In this document: positions 26,542 to 46,078 of the stretch, one piece after another
Layout: each line of letters starts with the position of its first letter
Position numbering within the stretch: the stretch's first letter is position 1
Made by a program: the position numbers and the translations under genes
Assembly: GCF_009914755.1 (NCBI RefSeq)
Contig: NC_060926.1
Strand: one strand, 5' to 3'
DNA length: 64,000 nt
From: the human T2T-CHM13v2.0 reference genome, Homo sapiens
The notes under the pieces: model-generated
Seen by the model: the letters and a program-made list of their open reading frames with translations, nothing else
Told to the model about the DNA's origin: nothing
The model's database searches: none

Positions 26542-26786
26542 TTAAATTAGCTGAACATGGTGATGCACATCCGTAGTCCCAGCTACTTGGGAGGAGAATT
26601 GCTTGAGCCCAGGAGGTAGAGACTGCAGTGAGCCGAATTGCACCATTACACTGCAAGCCTGGGTGACATTGAGACCCTGTCTCAAAAAATAAAAATAATC
26701 ATAACAATAACAGTAATGAAGTTGGCCGGGCACGGTGGCTCACACCTGTAATCCCAGCACTTTGGGAGGCCGAGACGGGTGGATCA

Positions 26787-27059
<273 letters not shown>

Positions 27060-27232
27060 TTAGGATTTTCATTCTCATCATTTGATTCATTTTTCTGTTT
27101 AAGTAGATGCATAATTATAAAAGAATTATTTTTAATGTTTTAAATTAGTCATTAGCATTATATGCATATCCTTCTGTCAATTATAGTGAAAGAATGAAAA
27201 TACAGAAAAACATTAAAAGAAATTGAAGTTAA

Positions 27233-27608
<376 letters not shown>

Positions 27609-30184
27609 TAAAAGCTTTTTTTTGGCTGGGTGTCGTGGCTCATTCTTGTAGTCCCAGCAATTTGGGAGGCTGGGGACTATTCAGGAGGCTGAGGTGGGAG
27701 AATCACCTGAGCCCCGGAGGTTGAGGCTGTGATGAGCCATGATCTCACCACTGTACCCCAGCCTGGGTGACAGAGCAAGACCCTGTCTCAAAAGGAAAAA
27801 AAAAAAGTTTGTTTTGTTTTAATTAAAAATAGAAACATGTCATATATAGCATATGTAATTTTTCTTTTTTTAAAAAAATTTTTTTTCAGGAAATGTGGTA
27901 CAGATAAATAACAAATATAGGGAGAGAGTTAAAAGAATAAGAATAAAATACATATGTACCACCTACCTCAAAACATAGATTCTTATCAGTATACCTTATG
28001 TGTCTTTCTGTGATCATGTCTCTTCTTCTGTGGAAGAGGTAAATAACCACTGTCCTAAATTTGTGTTGATAATTTGCTGCTTTTATTTATAGCTTTACCT
28101 AGTATATATGTATTGCTAAAATAGACTAAATTGTTTTGCTTATTTCCAAATAATTACTCTGAATTTCAAACCAGCAAAAACTTACAGAAAAAGGACCTGG
28201 CACGGTGGCTCACGCCTGTAATCCCAGCACTTTGGGAGGCCGAGGTGAGCAGATTACGAGGTCAGGAGATGGAGACCATCCTGGCAAGCACGGTGAAACC
28301 CCATCTCTACTAAAAATACAAAAAATTAGCCGGGCGTGGTGGCAAGTGCCTGTAGTCCCAGCTACTCGGGAGGCTGAGGCAGGAGAATGGCGTGAACCTG
28401 GGAGGTGGAGCTTGCATTAAGCCGAGATCGCGCCACTGCACTCCAGCCTGGGGGACAGAACGAGACTCCATCTCAAAAAAAAAAAAAACAAAAAAAACTT
28501 ACAGAAAATGTTCAAGAACAATATAAAGAACTTTTCTTGGCCAGGTGCAGTGGCTCACGCCTATAATCCCAGCATTTTAGGAGACCGAGGCAGGCAGATC
28601 ACAAGGTCAGGAGTTTGAGACCAGCCTGACCAAAATGGTAAAACCCCATCTCTACTAAAAATACAAAAAATTAGCTGGCCGTCGTGGCGTATGTCTGTAA
28701 TCTCAGCTACTCAGGAGGCTGAGGCAGGAGAATCACTTGAACCTGGGAGGCAGAGGTTGTAGTGGGCTGGGATCGTGCCACTGCAGTCCAGCCAGGGTGA
28801 CAGAGTGAGGCTCCATCTCAAAAAAAAAAAAAAAAAGAAAGAAAAAACTTTTCTCCCTAAGCATTCAAGAGTTAGTGCCAGTCTGATGACCCATCACTTG
28901 AAATACTTAGGTATAGATTATCTGTAAACAAGGAACTTCTCCCACATAACCACAATACAGCCATTTAAATCAGGAAACTTAACCTTAATACGCTTGTATC
29001 GACTAATAGACCCTAATTCAGGGTTTTCCATTTTATCTAATACCTTCCTTTATAGCAAAAGGCCATTCAGAATTACACATTGCACTTAGTTGTCGTATCT
29101 CAGTTTGAAATAGTTCCTTGTCTTCCTTTGATTTTTATAACCTTGACTTTTTAAAATATTACAAGCCAATTTGTTTTGTTTGATGCTTCCTCATGATTAT
29201 ATTTAGGTCACTAATTTTGGCAGGGGTGTGACAGAACTAATGCTTTGTACCTCTCATTGTATTCCAACAGGTGGCATCATTTACATTTGTCCCATTATGA
29301 TGATGTTAAATTTGACACTCGATTAAAGTGGTGTCTACCAGAGTCCTTTACTGTAAAGTTACTCATTTTCCCTTTGTAATTAATCTGTATTTAGTGGGAA
29401 GGACTTTGAAATAGGATACTTATGTTGCTCACAAGACCTCAGATTGATTGATTGATTGATTTGTGTCTATACCTACTCATAGTTTGCTATTTTATTCAAT
29501 AGTTTATGAACTCTTACCATCATTATTTATTTTGATATGCACATTGTCTCAGGTACAGTTTGTGAGACGTCCTTTAAACTGATTCCTGTGTTATTTTGAA
29601 ATGGTCCCATAATTCTTGAACATTTCCTTGTTTTCAGCACAAAATTTTTTTTCAAGTTCATTCTACGCTTTTCCAGGAATCCCTAGTTCTTTTTAGTGGA
29701 CAGCGGTATTGACAATCCAGGATCTGGGTACTAGATATGCTTATTGCTTATCAGGATACCACTGCTTCCAGGCCCTCTGTTTGAAAAGAATTGTTTGTGT
29801 GCACACGCACACACACACACGCCAAAAAGAAAACTATTTCAAAAATTGAAGAGGGGATACTTCCAGACTCATTCTATGAGGCCAGCATTACCCTGATACC
29901 AAAATCAACAAAGACACACACAAAAAACCTATACATATACATATGTGTGTGTGTGTGTGTGTATGTATATATATGCACTTAAGTTTATATCTGTATTTAT
30001 TCCTTTTTTTTTTTTTTTGAGACAGGGTCTCACTCTGTCTCCCAGGTTGGAGTGTAGTGGTATAATTACAGATCACTGCAGCCTCCACCTCCCCAGACTC
30101 AGGTGATCCTCCTCAGTTTTTATACTTTTAATAGAGAGGGGGTTTCACCCTGTTGCCTAGGCTGGTCTCAAACTCCTGGACTCA

Positions 30185-30610
<426 letters not shown>

Positions 30611-31169
30611 CTATATAAGGATTGTTCTAATTTTCTCCTTTCCATATTTGTAACTAACTTCTACAGTGCAAGGCCTGGCTCCAGTTATAATTAACACATT
30701 TATTTAATCAGTTTTCCTATATGTGACCAATGTCCTTTTTCCACTGCTGCCTCCTACCCCACATGTAAGCCTTCCTCACACTGCTTGGGCTTTGACTCTC
30801 CTTGTTGAATTCCAATATGGATTCCCTCCTCTTCCTGCTAGGCTCTCTGACACATCATCACCCCAGGGCACCCCTTCACTGGAATGCCCTCTCACACTGC
30901 TTGACTTGAGGACTCTATGCCAGTGACCTCCTCTGCTTGGTAGACTGACATTCTGGGCTGCCTCTAAGATGCTCTCCTCACCACTGTCTGGTTCTGACAC
31001 ACTGCAGTCAACTGCTCTTCCATATGAATGCTTTTTTACTCTGCTTGGGACAACCTGCTCTGTTGTGATTTTTACTGGGCAATAGCTGACTGATTCAGCC
31101 ATGTAAACTTGGACTGTTACCCATAAAGGTAGACTGAATAATTATTTTTATAATGGAAGACAGTAATCA

Positions 31170-31607
<438 letters not shown>

Positions 31608-31992
31608 TTAAAAGCTACTAAGCCATGACTACTCTTCTCCTACCCACCAGCTTGGATATTTTTCCTCACCCCACTTGGCCTCTGACATCCTACACTAGAC
31701 AGCTCTTATATGGGCCACCACAACTCCCAGCATTTCTGAAATAGATGCCTCCCATGTTCTGTCCTACTAATGGCTTGGTGGCTTTTGGACTGAATCATTA
31801 AAAAATTGTGTTTTTCTTCCGTTTTTTCTGCTTATTTTATTAGTTACCAAGAAAGTTGTGCTAAAATCTCCAACTATGATTATGGATTTGTCTATTTCTT
31901 ATTTACTTCTGTCAATGTTTGCTTTATATATTTTAAAGTTATATAATTGGGTCCAGCAGAGATGAAATTGTGTTTTTCTGATTAATTGACTT

Positions 31993-33386
<1,394 letters not shown>

Positions 33387-34388
33387 CCTTTTTAGCACTG
33401 TCACATGTCTCTCTCAATCCTTGGTAATGCTTTTTGTGTTAAATCTACTCTGCCTGATATTAATATGGTCATAACAGCTTCCTTCTAATTAGTATTTGCC
33501 TGGTATATTTTTCTACTTACTTTTAATTTCAACGTATCTGTATATATTTATCTGTGTGTGTATTTAAAACTATCTCTTGTAAATAGTTGAGTTTTGTTTT
33601 TAAATCTAGGCTAACAGTATTAGTTTCTGGTTTTGTGGGGTTTTTTCCTCCTGTTTTACTCTGCAAGGAGGTTTCTGTTTTGTGGATTTCTTTAGCTACC
33701 ATCTACCTGGTGCTTTCTATGTGTTTGGCTCTCTTGAAGGCATTTCACTTTTATTTCTGTCAAAACCATTCTAGACAGCTGGAATCACACAACTGATTAT
33801 CATAATAATAGAAGAAGCACAAGTTTGAAATTGTGTCCTGGAATGTTCTTTTGTGACCTAAATTCCTTCCAAATGAAGAGGAGAGCAAACTAAAGATGTA
33901 GAAATGGGAATGGGGATTTGTTATTCTGGCCCAAGCTTATTTGTTTATCTTCAGGGAAATAAATTTTAATCTTGACTTGTTTATCTAGGTGAATAACAAT
34001 GAAACACGTAGCTTTTTTTCCCCCTAAATGACTGAAGCGTTTAAAAATTTTTGGCCAACAGCATTTATTTAGTAATGATTAATCAGGCTTTTTCTTTTCT
34101 GTTTTAAATATATAATATATTTTGGTAGAGACAGGGTCTCACCTGCTGGGATTATAGGCTTGAGCCACTGCCCCTGGCCAACAATTTCACTCTGTTACTC
34201 TCTTCCTTTTTGCTATTTTTGTCAACAAATATGTTACTTCTACGAACATTTTAACAACCCTCAAAATGCTATTACTTGTAAACAATATTCACTTATATAT
34301 CATTTTACTTTTTCTGTTTTTTACCCAGTTTGATGTTTTAGCCTGAACAATTATGCTTAGTATCTCTTAAATTTTTTTAATTTTTTAA

Positions 34389-34568
<180 letters not shown>

Positions 34569-36169
34569 TAGAGACAGGGTTTCACCATGTTGGCCAGGCT
34601 GGTCTCCAACTCCTGACCTTGTGGTCCGCCTCGGCTTCCCAAAGTGCTGGGATTACAGGCGTGAGTCACCGAGCCCTGCCTTTAGTATCTCTTTAATTGC
34701 TTATCTACTAATGATGAATTCTCTTAGCTTTGATTTGAACACATCTTCATTTTTAAAGACCATTTTCACTAGGCTAGAACTGTCAGGTTTTTCTAGCACA
34801 TCAGCTCTTAAGAATGCCCATATGTTGTCTTCCAGCTTCCACTCTCCTACTCAAAAATCAGCTGTCAGCCTTTTTCTTGCTCTTTTGAAAGATATTAAGT
34901 CTTTTTTCCTCTCAGTTTAAAATTTTTCTCTTTGTTCTTAGATTTTAATAGCTTGAATATGATGTGCCTAGGTGTTAGTTATCTTTGCATTATATTGCTT
35001 AGAATTTGCTGAGTTTCTTGGATCCATAGTTAAGGTTTTTTGTCAGTTTGGGGAGTTTCTTGGCCAGTATTGATGGAAATGTTCTCGTATTTTATTCTCT
35101 TTTGTCTTTGGCATTTGTGGCTTTATTTACATGTATGTTAGATGTTTTCAGTGTATCTTATATTCTTTTCTAATTTTTTTCTTCTTTTTCCTTCTGATTC
35201 AGTCTGCATATTTTCTATTTGACCTGTCTTCGAGTTCAGTAATCTGTTGTATTGGTCTGGTCTGTTAAATACATGTGTTGGAATTCTTACTTTCAATTCT
35301 ACTGTCACTTGTAGACTTTTCATTTGAGTCTGTTATTTTTCAGGTGTCTGGTGAAATTCCTCATCTTTTTATTTTATCTGTTGCTTCTTCTGGATTTTAG
35401 CATACCTTATAATTCATCTGGTCATTAGACCTTGTTTATGGAAACATTGTAGACGTTTCAGATGACATCATCTTCCTCCAAAGATACCTATGCTTCTATC
35501 AGACAGATTCCTAATGGATTATGTTGATTTTATTAAGAGTTAGTTGGATTGACTGTAGACTTTACTGGGGCTGGTTGGTTATCTGTTTTGCTTTTAGAGC
35601 ATGGACTTGAACCTTAGGGTCTGACCCTTAGAAGTGGTGAAAACCTGGGTGTTTACCAAGACTCCTCCACATTGGCAGAGCTTAAACTCTAGAGTCTGTG
35701 TGCCCAGCATTTTGGAGCTGCTAGAATCTCTCCTCAGTCGCTGTTTTCTGTTGGGTTCTTTGAATTCTCATTCTACTAATAGCTGAGGAGTTAGCCAATA
35801 ACTTAAGAATTTGTTACGGTTTTCTGGTCACGTTTCTTTATGGGTCCCTCTGTTTCAGGATTTTGGCTTATAAATCCCAGCTTCTTGTCTCTCCTTGGTG
35901 TAGTGAAATGGCTTTTTTTTTTCCCTCTAATTCACTGCTACAAATTGGAAAGTGCCCTCAGTGAAAAAACCAGTGTAAATGTGGAGCTCACCTTGTGCAT
36001 TTCCTTCCTACAGGGCTCTCAGATGATTTACATTGGTTGGTCTTCAGTGCTTTCACATAGCGCTTTTATGTTTAGACGCTCCTTGACTTATGATGTAATG
36101 TCCCAATAAGCCCATCCACGTTGAAAATGCATTTACCCAGCACTTTGGGAGGCTGAGGCGGGCGGATCA

Positions 36170-36533
<364 letters not shown>

Positions 36534-36617
36534 TCAATAAAAGCCATTTCATCAATGATCAAAACAAAATCCTCTTATTGTCTTTTTATTTTTTATTTAT
36601 TTGTTTTTTTGAGATGA

Positions 36618-37022
<405 letters not shown>

Positions 37023-37192
37023 TAAAGTGCTGAGAGTACAGGCATGAGTCACCATGCCCAGCCCTCTTAATGTCTTTTTACACTCTGCTGAATCTTTAGT
37101 TATGCTGCATTTGCATTCCTATTGTTGTTCAATTATGCCTTCTCTTTTTCTGTTTTCTTTTTTCTTTTTCTTTTTCTTTTTTTTTTTTTTAA

Positions 37193-37452
<260 letters not shown>

Positions 37453-37491
37453 TGAGCCACCATGCCCAGACTTTTTTTTTTTTTTTTAATA

Positions 37492-37782
37492 AGAGATGGG
37501 GTCTCGCTATGTTGCCCAGGCTGGATTGGCAGGGCTATTCACAGGTGCGATCCCACTACTGATCAGCACAGGAGTTTTTACTTGCTCAATTTCTGACCTG
37601 GGCTGGTTCCCCCCACCTTAGGGAACCTCTTTCACCTGGAGTTCACCATATTGATTCCAAAGTTACTGCGAGCACCTGATTGCCATAGCACACTACAGCC
37701 CCGGAAATCCTGGGCTCAGGGAATCCTCCCACCTCAGCTTCCCAAGTAGCTGGGACTATACGCATGTGCCACTGCGCCCAGT
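37492..37782 (-). pseudogene. Near full-length 7SL (SRP RNA) pseudogene
   Basis: Reverse complement contains Alu-domain ends plus S-domain sequence absent from Alus (ATCAATATGGTGA, CTAAGGTGGGGGGAACCAGCCCAGGTCAGAAATTGAGCA, GTGCTGATCAGTAGTGGGATCGCACCTGTGAATAGCC); T-run (A tail) at 37472-37487. Confidence 0.9.
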
Positions 37783-38131
37783 GCTGTTTTCTTTTTTATT
37801 TAGAGATAGGGTCTTGCTATATTGCCTAGATTGATCTGGAATTCCTGGGCTCAAGTGATCCTCCTGCTTTGGCCTCCCAAAGTCCTGGGATTACAAGTGT
37901 GAGCCAGCCTATTTTTCTTGATAAATCTTGTCAGATTTGTTCATTTTTATTAGTCTCTTTAAATACTAACTTTCTGCTTAGTCAATTCTATTTCTGAAAA
38001 TACCTTTATACTTTCATTGGATTTATTTTCTTCTTTTGGTAAATTAGATGTTAAGGCTGTGATAAAATAGCAATTTACATAAGCACATCTGATTTCTTAT
38101 ATCTCTGGATTTAAGAATGTCAACAGTCTAA

Positions 38132-38272
<141 letters not shown>

Positions 38273-40368
38273 TAAGTACCTGGGACTACAGGCACCACCA
38301 CACCCAGCTAGTTTTTGTATTTTTAGTAGAGACGGAATTTCACCATGTTGGCCAGGATGGTCTCAGTCTCTTGATCTCGTGATCTGCCTGCCTCGGCCTC
38401 CCAAAGTGCTGGGATTACAGGTGTGAGCCACCGTACCCGGCCTCTAAAGCCTTTATATATTGCATTTGTTTTGATTTTATTAGTTTTGCCAGAACTTTAT
38501 TTTAATATTTTCTTTTTTTTTTTTTTAAGATGGAGTCTTGCTCTTGTCACCCAGGCTGGAGTGCAGTGGCGTCATTTTGGCTCACTGCAACCTCGCCTCC
38601 TGGGTTCAAGTGATTCTCCTGCCTCAGCCTCCTGAGTAGCTGGGATTACAGGTGACCACCACCACACCCAGATAATTTTTGTATTTTTAGTAAAGACAGA
38701 GTTTCACTATGTTGGCCAGACTAGTCTTGAACTCCTGACCTCAGGTGATCCACCCACCTCAGCCTCCCAAAGTGCTGGGATTACAGGCGTGAGCCACCAC
38801 ACCTGGCCTATTTTAATATTTTCTAACTTAATACATAAATATAGAATATCTCTCAACATTGTTTTTTGTTTCTGTCATTTCCACTTTCTAGTTTTTGGTT
38901 GTCATCATCATTGATACATGAGCTTTTTAATTTATTTTTCACTCATCCAATATTTATTGTATCTCTGATAGGTACTTTTCTAGGCACCAAGGATGTATCT
39001 ATGAACAGAAACAGAAAATACTTGTTTTGTGTAATTTCTAGTCAGGAGAGACAGAAAATAAATAAGTCATATAATATTTGAGAAGACACATTTGAAAAAT
39101 ATAAAAGCAGAGAAGAATAATGGGTAAGAATCTTGGCTGGGCACGGTGGCTCACACCTGTAATCCCAGCACTTTGAGAGGCTTAAGCGGGTGGATCACCT
39201 GAGGTCAGGAGTTCAAACAAGCTTGGCCAACATGGCAAAACCCCATCTCTACTAAGAAATACAAAAACTAGCCGGATGTGGTGGCAGGCGCCTATAATCC
39301 CAGCTACTAGGGAGGCTGAGGCAGGGAGAATTGCTTGAACCCGGGAGGTGGAGGTTGCAGTGAGCCAAGATCACGCCGCTGCATTCCAGCCCAGGCAACA
39401 GAGCTAGACTCCATCTCAAAAAAAAGAAAAGAATCTTTTTTTTTGAGACAGGGTCTCACCCTTTCATCCAGGTTAGGGTACGGTGACATGATCTCAGCTC
39501 ACTGCAACCTTCGTCTCCCGCGATCAACCTTCGTCTCCCTCCTCAGCCTCCCGAGCAGCTGGACCTGTCTTTTAAGTCCACACTCCAATCCTTCCACCTC
39601 CAGCAATCTTTCCCCAGTTCTTTTAACCTTTGTTTTCTTGCTTTTTATATTTATGTTCTTTGACATAAGCTTTAACCTTTAGTTATCCAATTTTTGGTAC
39701 CCAAATGAATACACAGGACTGGGTCTTAGACTTTTTTGGTAGCCCTTACAGGTTTAATAAAGTGGCACGTAGTGAATTTTAGTGAATTGATTGAATGAGA
39801 GAATTCTTTCTTTAGTGATAGGCATATTTCATTAATTCTGAGTTGCACATTTTTTCACATTTTAGCATCTGTGAAATGAGGATGCATTCTATAATCCATG
39901 GCTACATGACGATCATGATACAATTGTGACAGCCTCTGTAAAACATAGCCATAATTCCTTTGTCTTACCTAAGATAATTAACAGTAGTAATTCATAGTAC
40001 TAATTATCTTACCTAAGATAATTAACAGTAGTAGTAGTATTGTCATCAAATTTCTGGGAGTCAAACTTTAAAAGATAGCCCAAATAATCAGTTATATCAT
40101 AAATTCAGTTATTCTATATATTAACATATCCAGAGTCTGGGTGTTGTGGCTCATGCCTGTGATCTCAGCACTTTGGGAGGCTGAGGCAGGAGGATCAGTT
40201 GAGCCCAGGAGTTATTATGATGGCACCACTGCACTGCATCCTGGGTGACAAAGCAAGACGCTATCTCTAATAATAACATATCCAGATACTTTTACCAGTT
40301 GTTGTTACTATAAATTAGGTAATTCAAATTTTCCTAAAATTATATTAATAGTTTTTGCTGTTTTACAG

Positions 40369-40564
40369 AGTAAGCCATATCAAAGACTTCATTGAAAAAT
40401 ACCAAGGATCTCAAAGAAGTCCTCCGTTTTCCCTGGCAACAGCTCTTCCTGTCCTCAGGTTGCTAGATGAGACACTCACACTGGAAGAAGCAGATTTACA
40501 GAATGCTGTCATCATTCAGAGACTCCAAAAAACTGCATCTTTTAGAGAACTTTCAGAGCACTGA
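40369..40564 (+). CDS. UBXN2A: UBXN2A last coding exon VSHIKDFIEKY...LEEADLQNAVIIQRL...ELSEH*
   Basis: TTTTACAG acceptor 40367-68; TGA at 40562-64; C-terminal UBX fold residues (TLEEADLQNAVIIQR); frame continuous with the previous four exons. Confidence 0.96.
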
Positions 40565-41021
40565 TTTTTGATAGACTAAGTGGAAAATTTGCAGAGAAAT
40601 GATGGTTGTAAGTGGACATGCAAACCAAAATTGGGGATTGGAGAAGTCAGACTCACTAGACTTTTGGTTCGAGTACTATTGAACTCTCTCCTGATGAGAA
40701 GATGTTTAGATAAGTACAAGTTAAGAAAGTAGCATATGACTGGAAACTATATTCAGTGCACTTTCTCCAAAAGACTACCCAGAAAAATAGACTTATTTTC
40801 AAATACCAGTTATCAAGATATATTAAATAGCTGTATTGTTTAGAATCTTAATATGGTATAAATTAGCATATGTATTCACAATATTCATTCAGACATCATT
40901 CCCAGACAGCAGGGATTTATTTAAATGTTAGCTGTCTGAGTTTTTAAATAGCTAATACGACCGGGTACAGTGGTTCATGCCTGTAATCCCAGAACTTCGG
41001 GAGGCCGAGACAGGCAGATCA

Positions 41022-41294
<273 letters not shown>

Positions 41295-41496
41295 TCATGC
41301 CTGTAATCCCAGCACTTTGGGAGGCTGAGATGGGAGGATCACTTGAAGCCAGGAGTTTAAAACCAGAATGATCAACAGAGTGAGACCCCTGTCTATATAT
41401 TTTTTTAATTTAAAAAATAAAAGAATAAAATTGTGTAGCTCAGTATAGTATCAAGATTAATCTGCCTACTCACATTTCTACACTTTATAAAAATGT

Positions 41497-41502
41497 AATA
41501 AA
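41497..41502 (+). terminator. UBXN2A: Candidate proximal poly(A) signal AATAAA of UBXN2A
   Basis: AATAAA in unique sequence ~930 nt after the stop, followed by a T-rich downstream region (41530-41580). Confidence 0.5.
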
Positions 41503-41707
41503 AGAAAATTATCTTTCTAAAAAGCCTATTCCCTTTCCATTTTATTTTCTTTCAAAAATTATGGATTTGTTTTTGGCTAACATTTGGGATTAGCCATTCA
41601 TTTGCCACCACTCACTTAGAATATAATGCCGGTGTGTGTCACATTACTAGTATTTTTTAAATGCATCATATAAAGTATGGTTTTCTGTTTCTTTTTCGTT
41701 TGTTTGA

Positions 41708-41815
<108 letters not shown>

Positions 41816-42393
41816 TAGCTGGGATTACAGGCATGCGCCACCATGCTTGGCTAATTTTGCATTTTTAGTAGACACGGGATTTCACCATGTTGGTCAGGCT
41901 GGTCTCGAACTCCCGACCTCAGGGGATCTGCCTGCCTAGGCCTCCTGAAGTGCTGGGATTACAAGTGTGAACCACCGTGCCCAGCTGGTTTTCTGTTTCA
42001 TACATCAGAGTCAACTTGTGAATACATTTAAAGATTATTTCATTTTGATATCACGAAGAAAAACAGGCTTTATATCTCAGACTTTAACTAAATCCAGTTA
42101 GACCTCAATTTTTCACTGTCAGATTAAATCCCCATACCTGAAAATAAGTTTAACATTTTTTTTTGCAAATGATCTATTGAATCAGATTTAAAATGAAGCA
42201 TGCATTGAGTGTGCCAAGGAACTAAGTGGTCCATAGCAGCAGTAATGTTCATAGGGTGCGAGATGCCTGCTATGAAACAGCAACTCTCAAACATTTTTAT
42301 CTCAAGACCATTTGTTTATGTGAGCTATATATATTATTATATTAAATATTAAATTTTTAAAATATTTATTTATGGGCCAGGCACGGTGGCTTA

Positions 42394-42654
<261 letters not shown>

Positions 42655-42803
42655 TCAAAAAAAAAAAATTATTCATTTAAAAATAACTTCTGGCTGGACA
42701 TGGTGTCTCACGCCTGTAATCCTAGCACTTTGGGAGGCCAAGACAGGTGGATCACTTGAGCCCAGGAGTTTGAGACCAGCCTGGGCAACAAGGCAAAACT
42801 CTA

Positions 42804-43256
<453 letters not shown>

Positions 43257-45240
43257 CTACCACGCCTGGCTAATTTTTGTATTTTTAGTAGAGACGGGGT
43301 TTCGCCATGTTGGCCTGGCTGGCCTCTAACTCGTAACCTCAGGTGATCCGCCCGCCTTGGCCTCCCAAAGTGCTAGGATTATAGGCGTGAGCCACTGTGC
43401 CCAGCCAATAATAACTTATAAAACATGAAACGATTTAGTGAGAAAAGTGGCCGGTTTTTTGGGGGGAATTACTTTCTGTCATAAAGAAGATAGATGGGTT
43501 CTCATGTCTTCTACATTCAGTCTGTTGTGCAGTCACATATCATGTAGACTCTGGAAAACACCTCTGTATACTGGTGAAAGAATGAAAAGAAGCAAATAAT
43601 GCCTTAGTATGATTATGAAAAACGTTTTGACTTCACAGTGCCCTGAATGGGTCTTGGGAATCTCCAGGGATCCCTCAGGCACACTTTGAGAACCAATCTA
43701 TATAAAGTGATGGTTCACAATGATTCTGAAGCCTTAGTTTCAGAATCATTTGGGGCAGCTTTTCAAAAATGCCATTCCTGCCACCTACCACAAAGATTCT
43801 GATTCACTGTATCTGTGATGGGTCTCAGATCTCTGCATTTTTAATCTCACGTGATTCTTAAGTATGTGGTGGAAGTACCTTTCTTCAGGAAATTCTGTCC
43901 TAAGCTTTTACCCTGAGAAAATAAAACCTGCATGCTTTCACCATGGACGGTGGGAGACTCCACTGAAACACATCTGCTAGACCACTAAGTTTATCCTTGT
44001 CACCCAGTTTGCTCTTGGAAAGAGTCTGTTCCCTTTTGTCACTGAACCAATCATGACATAAACTTGTGCTTTACCTCCTATAGCACAGCCGAGACAAGGC
44101 TGGAACATTTAATTAAGGTTTTTACTAAGGACTCAGGAATAACAACAGGGAAATATCTATGTAACTAGATGACCTGACATAAAATCTATCTTCTGATTGC
44201 AGTCTATTGTGAGAATGCTGCTTTTCCTAGCTCCCAGCCTTCCATGGGGCAGAAGGCTCTTTTAATTAGGAAGAGAGGGAGGACAAAGGAGAGCCTTTTC
44301 TTTTGTCCATTACTCTTAGAAATGAACAGGTACATAATAGAAAATAAATAATTATTGTTGGTAATGTTTACACAGCAGTGTTAGAGCCTCTCTGTAGTGA
44401 AACAAAAATAATGTTCTTACCAAAAAAAAAAAAAAAAAAAAGAGGCAATGATAAAATCAATGAGCTTATCTTTCTGATATAGAAAATAACAGGATGACAG
44501 TTAATACATGTTCAGGAATCTAAGAAAATGTTTCATATAGGCCTATCATGTAGCATTTTTATTTGCATAATTATAGTCAACATATGATTCTCCATGTAGG
44601 GGTCTCTCATTGAGAATGTTTCCTGTGTACCTATAGAAAAGCCTCTTTGGTAGATTTTCCGGTTTATAATTATTTAACCAGAAGATACATGGGAGGTTCT
44701 TTTGTATGTACCTGTAGAATACATCCCAGTAAGGGTCCTATGGAGAAAGACCTGTTGTCATCAATAACCTTCATTATTCTAACTGTGAAACGTTCATTAA
44801 TGCGAATAATATCCTCAAAGATTTTCTACAATGAGAATCATCCAGTAAAGCTTTTTAACTGAGAATTTAAAAGTTGTAAAATTGTTAGTTAAATGTGTAT
44901 AATTATCAAAAGAGGTTGACTTTGGAAAACAAACAATTTGCTAAGGGAAGGAAAACTTGAAAATAATCACCTTAGATGGGGCATACAATTTGACCTAAGC
45001 AATTGTTTCAAAACTGTCTTCAGTTTCTTGAAAATAATTGTTAGGGCTGATATATAGAAATACATATCTAGGCCAGGCACGGTGACTCATGCCTGCAATC
45101 CCAGCACTTTGGGAGGCTGAGGTGGATGGATCACGAGGTCAAGAGATCGAGACCATCCTGGTCAACATGGGGAAACCCCGTCTATACTAAAAATACAAAA
45201 ATTAGCTGGGTGTAGTGGTGTGCGCCTGTAGTCCCAGCTA

Positions 45241-45397
<157 letters not shown>

Positions 45398-45584
45398 TTA
45401 TTGGTTAATTACTATGCATTTTTTTCAGTTTAAAAAATAATCTTATTTTATATACTTCTCTCGGTATAATTTTTCATGACATTTCAGCATGTTGATAATA
45501 TGTGTGCATCTATTTCAGTGCCTTAAAGTATTTTGAGAGCAATCTTTTGCTGACAGTTGAAGAACTGTTAATGAAATACTGTTC

Positions 45585-45590
45585 ATTAAA
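45585..45590 (+). terminator. Candidate distal poly(A) signal ATTAAA (long UBXN2A 3' UTR)
   Basis: ATTAAA in unique AT-rich sequence with T/GT-rich sequence downstream; use is inferred only. Confidence 0.3.
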
Positions 45591-46078
45591 AGGATCTGTG
45601 AAATCATTTACCCTTGTTATAAAATAGTTATATGCAAATACACTTGTCATTTTATTTGGCAAAGTCATTCAGTTTGATAATCAACAAACATTTATTAGGT
45701 GCTTTTGCTTTAACCAACATTACTTTCATTTAATACTCAGAAATGTAAAGATGTGCTATTTTTGAATACTAACTCAATGATATGTTTAATTTTTCATTTA
45801 TTCTTTGTGTTATCAGCTGAACTAGCATGAAGACTCTTTAGTAGGGTTTACTCCTTTGTTCTTTTCCTAAGTACAAACCATTTTATGAAAAAATTGCTCA
45901 TTGCACTAAACCTTCAGATGGAAATGGCTTATTCAGTAGACCAGTATTTGGCTTTGTCATTTGTTTTAATGTATTTTTTGCACAGATAATTTATATTCAT
46001 TATAGAAAACTATAATATGCAGATATGCTAAAATGATCCTTAAATCACCTATTATTCTGCCTTTCACATATAACCACT

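Noticed and set aside
43870-45040. Minus-strand exon-like segments in unique sequence (e.g. 44782-44712 reading RIMKVIDDNRSFSIGPLLGCILQ between AG and GT, then an 81-nt intron-like gap)
   Set aside because: Joining neighbouring segments gives immediate stops or phase conflicts and I recognise no protein; such signals arise by chance in AT-rich DNA. TBLASTX against non-primate mammals could revive it as a unitary pseudogene.
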